Part shown: positions 58,398 through 64,000 of the stretch, in pieces | How positions within the stretch are numbered: the stretch's first letter is position 1 | How the letters are laid out: every line of letters begins with the position of its first letter | IMG/VR virus record: IMGVR_UViG_3300034073_005046 | Coordinates: 5,860 to 69,859 of that record | Source: a virus | DNA length: 64,000 nt | Reading direction: 5' to 3' (one strand) | The notes under the pieces: model-generated | Databases searched by the model: none | Told to the model about the DNA's origin: nothing | Seen by the model: the letters and a program-made list of their open reading frames with translations, nothing else | Translations under genes and position numbers: made by a program

Positions 58398-58789
58398 CAG
58401 ATGTCGTAGGTTGTGAGGGGCCGGTGGAGCGTGTAGGATAGGATAGTATCGAGTGCGTTCGCACTCGTGCTGCCGTGCCAGACGTAGAGGATATCGCCCT
58501 CCTTCAGGGTAAACTTATTCCCATTAATCACGTCGTAGGAGGTGTTGGGTGGTAGGTTGAGACCGTTGAGGAGGTAGGCGGAGGTCACCCCGTTAACCAC
58601 TTTCGCTGAGACGGCGAGGTTACCGCTCGTCTTGTTACACAACAATAACGATGTGACCAGTACGAAGTTCTTTTTCCAGTCATCGGTTTCGCCGCTAGTG
58701 GGTACGGTGAGCAGGCGGCCGGCCTCAGCGCCTTCTGTGTTGGTGGGTGACGCGAAGCGGTTGGTAGAGGTGTTTGAGGGGAGGAACAT
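58397..58789 (-). CDS. Small beta-sandwich virion protein
   Basis: VTSLLLCN...LPPN.S......K..L..GD.L pattern common in phage structural genes. Confidence 0.6.
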   Translation of the reverse strand: MFLPSNTSTNRFASPTNTEGAEAGRLLTVPTSGETDDWKKNFVLVTSLLLCNKTSGNLAVSAKVVNGVTSAYLLNGLNLPPNTSYDVINGNKFTLKEGDILYVWHGSTSANALDTILSYTLHRPLTTYDI

Positions 58790-58814
58790 GGCAAGGGTGG
58801 GTAGAACGTCTATC

Positions 58815-59123
58815 TCAGGACCAAATCAAAGAGTTGATAAACATCGCGGCGTGCATGCCGACTGCGTCGGCTCGGCGGACGACCGAATACGCGCTGGCGG
58901 GTGCGGCTTCGACTTCGATGAGATTTCTGGAGAGGACGAGGGGGATTTCGTTTCCTGATCCGTCCTGGAGCCTACCCTGATCTCGGAGGGCTGTGTTGCC
59001 GGTATAAGGGTAAGGCAGGAAAGAGTCGGGTACGCCATCGGTGTCCGGACTGCCTGTGACAGTTGTTAAAATGACATTGTCGAACGTGCGACTTATGTCG
59101 TAATTTCTGATGTTCTCAGCCAT
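58815..59123 (-). CDS. Hypothetical virion protein
   Basis: 102 aa with LQDG.GN motif, preceded by a class L motif. Confidence 0.6.
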   Translation of the reverse strand: MAENIRNYDISRTFDNVILTTVTGSPDTDGVPDSFLPYPYTGNTALRDQGRLQDGSGNEIPLVLSRNLIEVEAAPASAYSVVRRADAVGMHAAMFINSLIWS

Positions 59124-59147
59124 CGAAGCGGGTTTCAGTGCTACCTA

Positions 59148-59157
59148 GCTTTCAACG
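59148..59157 (-). promoter_or_regulatory. Class L motif CGTTGAAAGC(TAGG)TAG
   Basis: Exact, about 25 bp upstream of ATG 59123. Confidence 0.75.
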
Positions 59158-59169
59158 GCCCAGTGTGTA

Positions 59170-59178
59170 TGGTATAAT
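59170..59178 (+). promoter_or_regulatory. Extended -10 promoter TGGTATAAT
   Basis: Perfect match about 27 bp upstream of ATG 59206. Confidence 0.7.
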
Positions 59179-59205
59179 TAGAGGTGTGGTAAACCACGTA
59201 CTCTC

Positions 59206-59388
59206 ATGATTTCCCTACCTACCATGACCAAGAAGGATCTTGCCCAGCTCGTAGATGCTTATGCCGACGCCAAGGTCTCGAGAAACCCTCATCTCGTAAA
59301 CACGATGGTCGCTCAGCTCGAGCAGGCCCTCGATTCGCTCTTCGCTGGCGAATCCGAGATTAAGGATTATCCGGAAGGGGAATACTGA
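59206..59388 (+). CDS. Small hypothetical protein
   Basis: 60-aa helical ORF with its own promoter. Confidence 0.65.
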   Translation: MISLPTMTKKDLAQLVDAYADAKVSRNPHLVNTMVAQLEQALDSLFAGESEIKDYPEGEY

Positions 59389-59454
59389 CGATCTGTACAT
59401 CCGGGCTCCGGCGTAGCCGGGCCCGGCCCCCCACAAGTAACACCACACCTCTCT

Positions 59455-59772
59455 ATGCGCCCCTCGATCTACATCCTCCGCAAAAACACCGACCCGATTC
59501 CGGCCCGCCAGGACCTGTCTCCAGGCGATGTGATTATCTTGCCTAGCGGCGATGTGCTGGTGTATACCGGATCGATGCTTGATTTGCTGCCAGGTAGGTA
59601 TGTTAGCATCGATGAGCTCAAGGAGTTCGTGTCGTATATTTCCTCCGGATGGCCCGATACCCCAGAAACCGCAAAAGCCGACCTGGAAGGTCGGCTGCCG
59701 GAACAATTCCTAGAGCGGATGTTAGGGACGGTGGAGAAGATCGCCTCTTCAGCCAGCCCAGGGGAGGCCTGA
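59455..59772 (+). CDS. Hypothetical protein
   Basis: 105-aa ORF with a 24-bp convergent overlap with the next gene. Confidence 0.55.
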   Translation: MRPSIYILRKNTDPIPARQDLSPGDVIILPSGDVLVYTGSMLDLLPGRYVSIDELKEFVSYISSGWPDTPETAKADLEGRLPEQFLERMLGTVEKIASSASPGEA

Positions 59773-60072
59773 GGCTTTGCTGGGAGCACGCTGCTCTAGG
59801 ATCTGTGACTCCAGGGCCGCGAGAATCTCGGCGACTTTTTCTTCGCCGCCCAGCTTATCCTTGACCCAGCCAATCACGATTTCGGGAGTTAGTTCGGCAT
59901 AGGGGATTACAGGGTCGCCTTCAGCCGGTGCTTCGAAGCCGATAGAGCCATAAGCTCCGGCAGTATACACACCATCATTAGCGTTAACGGTATAGTGGGC
60001 CGTGTACACAATTCCGTCGGCTGTGTGTCGCTCGAGATTGGCGATGGCCCAGGTGTATTGGATGTCAGACAT
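59749..60072 (-). CDS. Tail-fibre-associated small protein
   Basis: TW.I.NLER...DG.V..AHY...YGS...IPY..LT.E..IGWVK...G.PW, a family usually found downstream of cyanophage fibres. Confidence 0.7.
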   Translation of the reverse strand: MSDIQYTWAIANLERHTADGIVYTAHYTVNANDGVYTAGAYGSIGFEAPAEGDPVIPYAELTPEIVIGWVKDKLGGEEKVAEILAALESQILEQRAPSKASGLPWAG

Positions 60073-60109
60073 GATTAGTTTGTATAAAGGTATTTAAGTA
60101 CCTATATTA

Positions 60110-60119
60110 TCTTTCAACA
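60110..60119 (-). promoter_or_regulatory. Class L variant TGTTGAAAGA(TAATA)TAG
   Basis: Two mismatches, about 38 bp upstream of ATG 60072. Confidence 0.55.
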
Positions 60120-60148
60120 GGTTTTTACGTTTTTGAGGTTTGATCTGA

Positions 60149-60364
60149 TTATTTTGGCCAAGCTTCATCAGCTTTCTGAAGCAGGTAGGCAACAAAGCGC
60201 TCCACCTCTTCACGGCTTTCAAAAACTTCCGTGTAGTGCGGATCCTCGTTGTTAGCCAGTTTTACAACGCCATCTCGAACCCACGCGGAATGCTTCTCCA
60301 TGTGGTTCTCGCGCTGCTCAAGCCATTCGGCAGGCGTGAGCTTGGGATAAAGTTCTTGGGTCAT
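60149..60364 (-). CDS. Small hypothetical protein (71 aa)
   Basis: ATG 60364 (MTQELYPK...) after a hairpin leader. Confidence 0.65.
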   Translation of the reverse strand: MTQELYPKLTPAEWLEQRENHMEKHSAWVRDGVVKLANNEDPHYTEVFESREEVERFVAYLLQKADEAWPK

Positions 60365-60436
60365 GGTCTCTAGGGGATCGTGGCCAGGGGCAGGGTGTTG
60401 ACGCACCGCTGCTCCACCACCTTACTGCAACGCAGC

Positions 60437-60461
60437 AAAAAGGGCGACTGTGTAGCCGCCC
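60437..60461 (-). terminator. Intrinsic terminator after the tail fibre
   Basis: GGGCGGCT-ACAC-AGTCGCCC followed by TTTTT on the minus strand. Confidence 0.75.
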
Positions 60462-60494
60462 CAGACGTTTTAACGAGTAGTACTACACGTCTAT

Positions 60495-63400
60495 TTAGAG
60501 AATGGTTAGTTTGCCTATTCCTATAGTACGCGAAGCTCCGAGCCTGTTTTTTACAGTTACATTGTTAGAACTGCCCGACTTAAACACGCAGAGCTTTCCG
60601 TCAGTATCACTGGTCGCAAAGATACTGGAGGGATCTGAAACAATGGTTATAGTTGCTGAGTCATACGTAGCAAAGAGCAGGCCGCCTTGCCCGGCATCTT
60701 GGTTCGTGACCATAAACATAGCGGCGTGCGGAAGTGTAACCGTTTGGCTTGCGTCATCTGCTAATACGTATGTGCCAGAAAAATTAATTCCTGCTCCTTC
60801 AGTACCCGTAGAAGCTTTGGCAACACGCAAAAGTTCACCATTGCCAGAGGAGCTAGATGCGCCCACCAATAGCTTACCTGCACTGTCAATCCTCATCCGC
60901 TCCGTCGGGCTGCTCGCTCCGTCGGCAGTAGTGGAGAACACTAACCTGCCCGGCATGTCATTATTGCCTGGGGTGCCATCGACTAAACATCTAATAGTTG
61001 CGGCATTAGTGTTATCGGTGCCATCTGCCCCTATAAATTCAATAGACCCAAGAATGTCGTTGTTACTAACAACAGTCCATCCAGCGCCTCTACTTTTGCC
61101 AAGAGTTAGATATCCGCCTTGAGCGTCGTTACTGTTTCCCCATATCTGAGCATGAGCTTCCGTGTACCCAGTGCCCTCTACCTGGAGTTTTGGAGTTGCA
61201 AATTGCAGGGCACGCGCAGAAGACGTGCCAACTAACAACCTGCCGGAGCTGTCGATGCGGGCTACTTCTGAACTATTGATACTGAAAGCATGCGTTCCAC
61301 CTGAACGAGTGTTGTATGAATTGCCAGTTGAAAAACCAAATCTATCAATAGAACTAGCGGTATCAAAAATAGCAAAGTTGTCAGGGGATTTAATGTCATA
61401 ACCGCTGGACAACAGCATGTGCCCACTGGATAAATGCAACAACTCGCTAGGACTCGTAGTGCCAATCCCTACGCGGCCTTGACCGGTGAGGGTCATTACC
61501 GTTGCCTGACTTGTGAACGGGCTGCTTGCGCTTCCGTCGTGAACGCGGAATTGCAAATAATTACTGGAGTCTGTTGCAGATTGCTTGCCGTAAATGGAAT
61601 GGTATCTAGCCGTGCTATCGGTACGTCCAACCCTTAGGAATTCGCCTTCGACATCGATGGCTGAGTGATTGATTATTGAGGTTGGGTAAGTACCACTTAC
61701 TCCTTGAACGTGCAGCAAACCCCCAGGACTACTAGTCCCCAGACCTAAGCGGCCCGAGCTGTCGATGCGAGCGGCTTCAGTTACTGTGCCCGCGTTTGCG
61801 CTAATGCCAAATCTAATATCACCGCCACTGTTCGTACCAGCGGCAGAAGACATGATGTAACTAACAGCGCGGGCTCCCGGTGAGGAAGTGTCTGCGCTAT
61901 ACCATTCAATTTTGCCAATGGGCTGATCTGCCTCTGTATTGGCATCAGTATCTGTAAAACGAAGGGTGTTGTTAGCTGTTGTACCTGTTGCGCCATCGTT
62001 ACTTGCAGCAAGATCTAAAAGGGCGCCAGGTCCAGCGGTACCGATTCCTACGTTGCCTGAGTTCAGAATGGTGAGGCGTTGCTGAAGACTTCCTCCTGTT
62101 CCTGGATCATTTGGTGTTGTCCAAAAAGCAAGGGACATGCCGCCATCAGTATCCGCATCGTATGCCTCTGATGCTTCAGCGGTAATAGCAGCACCAAACT
62201 TTGGCGTGGTTGTTGTAAAAGCACTATCTGTAGAGCCGAACTTAATAGCCGGCATGTATTTTGCAGTAGTATTACTGTTGCCGCCAACAAGCTCCAAACC
62301 GCTGTTGCTTTGGCCAAAAGAAGTTGCAGAAGTCCCAGGATCTGCAATGCGGAGTTTTGGACTACTTGAGCTTGATATGTGGAGATTAACACTAGGGCTA
62401 GTAGTCCCCAGGCCTAAGCGGCCACTGGAGTCAATCCTCATCCGCTCCGTCGGGCTGCTCGCTAAGTCGGCGGTAGTGGAAAATACTAGGCGCCCTGGAT
62501 ATGAGCCTGAAGCCCATGCGGCATCTGTTTGCGCATATACTTGCGCTCCCACAGAACCAGCAGAATCGGCAAATTGAACAAATCCCAGCGAAAGATTTGT
62601 GCCTGGGTTTGTTGTTCCTCTCTGTAAGTTTGCGATTGCGTGAGAAGTGGTGCCGCCCGAGTTGCCTTGAAAGACGGTGGTAGAGGTGGTAGACGCACTA
62701 GATACGCCAACCAACAACCTGCCGGAGCTGTCGATGCGGGCGCGTTCTGAGCCTCCGGCTGAAAGTGTGATGTTTGCGGAAGAGGCATCAAGTGCAAGGT
62801 CCGCAGCGGATGATACAACTGACAACTTATTTGTGAAAATCGTGTCTGTTGTACTTCCCGTTTGAATGTTTCCAGCAACGTGAAGAGCATTACCGGGGCT
62901 ACTAGTCCCCAGACCTACGCGGCCTGAGGAGTCAATCCTCATCCGCTCCGTCGGGCTGCTCGCTCCGTCGGCGGTAGTGGAGAACACTAACCTGCCCGGC
63001 ATGTCGTTAGCGCCGGGGGTGCCGTCTACAAAAGTTTCAATGCGGGCAGCTTGAATGAAGCTGGAACCGTCATTTCCGACCATGGAAACAGTCCCAAGTA
63101 AGTCTCCAGAAGCAACGATTGTGTTTGCAGTTCCCCTGCTTTTTGCTAAAATTAAATGAGGACCATAAATATCATTTTGGTTACGAGTAATCAATATCAT
63201 GTCTTGTCCATTTACACTTCCTCCTTCAAGTTGTAAATAAGGAGAAAAACCGCCATAGACATTGCCACGAGCACTAGACGTGCCAACTAAGAGGCGTCCC
63301 GAAGCATCAACGCGACAAAACTCAGTCGTGCTATTACTAACTCTAAACGGATCGCCTAAACCAGTAACTCCTACTACGTCTAATCCTGTTGCGGGCGTAG

Positions 63401-64000
63401 CGGTATTGACACCGATAAAACCACGACGCAAACGAAGCCTTGTATCGGCGTAACCGAAATCTTCAACGGAAAGATCTAGCCCTTCAGTAGCAGTGTGTGT
63501 CAGGTCTGAATAGTAGTTTGGATCTGCAGGATTTGCCCGCAGCCGAAGATCAACGGTATACCCTGAGCCGCCTCCAATTTCCAGCTTTGTGGCAGGCGCA
63601 GTAGTGCCAATCCCTAACGACCCTGAGCCCGTAAGGGTCATTCGCGTTCCAAGAGATCCAGAGCTATTTCGTGCTTGGAATTTTAAGACGTGTTCGTTAT
63701 TGGCGCCTACACGTTGAGCAACAATAGTCGTTCCAATATCGTTGTTTGTTCCCAATGACAAAGCACTACATGTGTTGAGTGTTGTGCTTGAATTTTGGAA
63801 TAACCAATATGCGCCAGCATCATTTTCAGGATTTGTTTGTTCACTTGCTTGAACAGCGTGGAGACGATAGCTGGGGCTACTAGTCCCCAGACCTAATTTT
63901 CCGTCGTCAGTGATGCGGGCTTTTTCGGTAACACTGCCATTCGTAAAGAAACGAATAGCTTGGCCGGTTTCAGCAAACACGCCAGCATCGGCACTTGTGT
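60495..64000 (-). CDS. Modular long tail fibre, C-terminal part (start lies beyond the right edge)
   Basis: Many RIDSSGR(L/V)G.GT and PGRLVFSTTADGASSPTERMRI repeats. The frame is open to the window end. Confidence 0.85.
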   Translation of the reverse strand, partial: TSADAGVFAETGQAIRFFTNGSVTEKARITDDGKLGLGTSSPSYRLHAVQASEQTNPENDAGAYWLFQNSSTTLNTCSALSLGTNNDIGTTIVAQRVGANNEHVLKFQARNSSGSLGTRMTLTGSGSLGIGTTAPATKLEIGGGSGYTVDLRLRANPADPNYYSDLTHTATEGLDLSVEDFGYADTRLRLRRGFIGVNTATPATGLDVVGVTGLGDPFRVSNSTTEFCRVDASGRLLVGTSSARGNVYGGFSPYLQLEGGSVNGQDMILITRNQNDIYGPHLILAKSRGTANTIVASGDLLGTVSMVGNDGSSFIQAARIETFVDGTPGANDMPGRLVFSTTADGASSPTERMRIDSSGRVGLGTSSPGNALHVAGNIQTGSTTDTIFTNKLSVVSSAADLALDASSANITLSAGGSERARIDSSGRLLVGVSSASTTSTTVFQGNSGGTTSHAIANLQRGTTNPGTNLSLGFVQFADSAGSVGAQVYAQTDAAWASGSYPGRLVFSTTADLASSPTERMRIDSSGRLGLGTTSPSVNLHISSSSSPKLRIADPGTSATSFGQSNSGLELVGGNSNTTAKYMPAIKFGSTDSAFTTTTPKFGAAITAEASEAYDADTDGGMSLAFWTTPNDPGTGGSLQQRLTILNSGNVGIGTAGPGALLDLAASNDGATGTTANNTLRFTDTDANTEADQPIGKIEWYSADTSSPGARAVSYIMSSAAGTNSGGDIRFGISANAGTVTEAARIDSSGRLGLGTSSPGGLLHVQGVSGTYPTSIINHSAIDVEGEFLRVGRTDSTARYHSIYGKQSATDSSNYLQFRVHDGSASSPFTSQATVMTLTGQGRVGIGTTSPSELLHLSSGHMLLSSGYDIKSPDNFAIFDTASSIDRFGFSTGNSYNTRSGGTHAFSINSSEVARIDSSGRLLVGTSSARALQFATPKLQVEGTGYTEAHAQIWGNSNDAQGGYLTLGKSRGAGWTVVSNNDILGSIEFIGADGTDNTNAATIRCLVDGTPGNNDMPGRLVFSTTADGASSPTERMRIDSAGKLLVGASSSSGNGELLRVAKASTGTEGAGINFSGTYVLADDASQTVTLPHAAMFMVTNQDAGQGGLLFATYDSATITIVSDPSSIFATSDTDGKLCVFKSGSSNNVTVKNRLGASRTIGIGKLTIL
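60885..60959. repeat. 75-bp direct repeat, copy 1
   Basis: Matches 62931-63005 with one mismatch. The first 34 bp also occur at 62430-62463. Confidence 0.9.
61234..61262. repeat. 29-bp direct repeat (second copy at 62713-62741)
   Basis: AACAACCTGCCGGAGCTGTCGATGCGGGC is identical in both copies. Confidence 0.85.
61729..61747. repeat. 19-bp direct repeat (also at 62899-62917 and 63877-63895)
   Basis: CTACTAGTCCCCAGACCTA occurs three times, with a variant near 62398-62416. Confidence 0.85.
62931..63005. repeat. 75-bp direct repeat, copy 2
   Basis: See 60885-60959. Confidence 0.9.

Noticed and set aside
3029-59157. Class L motif as a CRISPR repeat, att site or sigma70 -35 box
   Set aside because: Copies are short, dispersed and oriented to start codons, with no spacer array, no integrase and no consistent -10 hexamer 17 bp downstream.
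10-63453. Many 60-230 aa antisense or nested ORFs in the track (e.g. 13786-14442, 36169-36864, 54214-54912, 60502-61122)
   Set aside because: They are shadows of longer genes with recognisable motifs and have no independent signals.
60495-64000. Diversity-generating retroelement or shufflon in the tail fibre
   Set aside because: Repeats are direct, in-frame and nearly identical, with no adenine-specific mismatch pattern. No reverse transcriptase or invertase is present in the window, though one outside it cannot be excluded.
1-64000. tRNA, rRNA or photosynthesis auxiliary genes (psbA, hli)
   Set aside because: No cloverleaf or matching protein motifs were noticed and intergenic gaps are short. 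A tRNAscan run would be needed to be certain.

Overview
This 64 kb window is part of a large dsDNA phage genome with a contractile tail. The host is most likely a cyanobacterium, judged from a DUF4278-like peptide, a Mo-nitrogenase-C-terminal-like protein, a SigF/SigB-like sigma factor, PhoH and cyanophage-type tail fibres. From left to right it holds a truncated tape-measure-like gene and a tube/baseplate gene, then a replication and nucleotide cluster (primase, SF3 helicase, 5'-3' exonuclease, HNH, dUTPase, nrdA with fused glutaredoxin, NUMOD4/HNH endonuclease, nrdB, SSB-like). Next come tail fibre and baseplate genes, terminase, thioredoxin, sigma factor, a hub-like peptidoglycan hydrolase, a kinase and phoH, followed by about 20 kb of large virion or receptor-binding genes that end in a modular tail fibre. 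The strongest non-coding signal is a two-class promoter system. A compact motif CGTTGAAAGC-N4/5-TAG (11 exact 10-mers plus variants, two of them back-to-back bidirectional sites) lies about 20-40 bp upstream of mainly structural genes, while extended -10 boxes (TGnTAnAAT) precede replication genes and the trx-sigma operon. Other candidates are an sRNA or attenuator before phoH, a pseudoknot-like nrdA leader, an atypical NrdAi/NrdBi-like ribonucleotide reductase, a circularly permuted M23 domain, and DNA-identical junction repeats in the tail fibre. No tRNA, rRNA, CRISPR array, integrase or reverse transcriptase was seen. All protein calls come from motif recognition by eye, without database searches.
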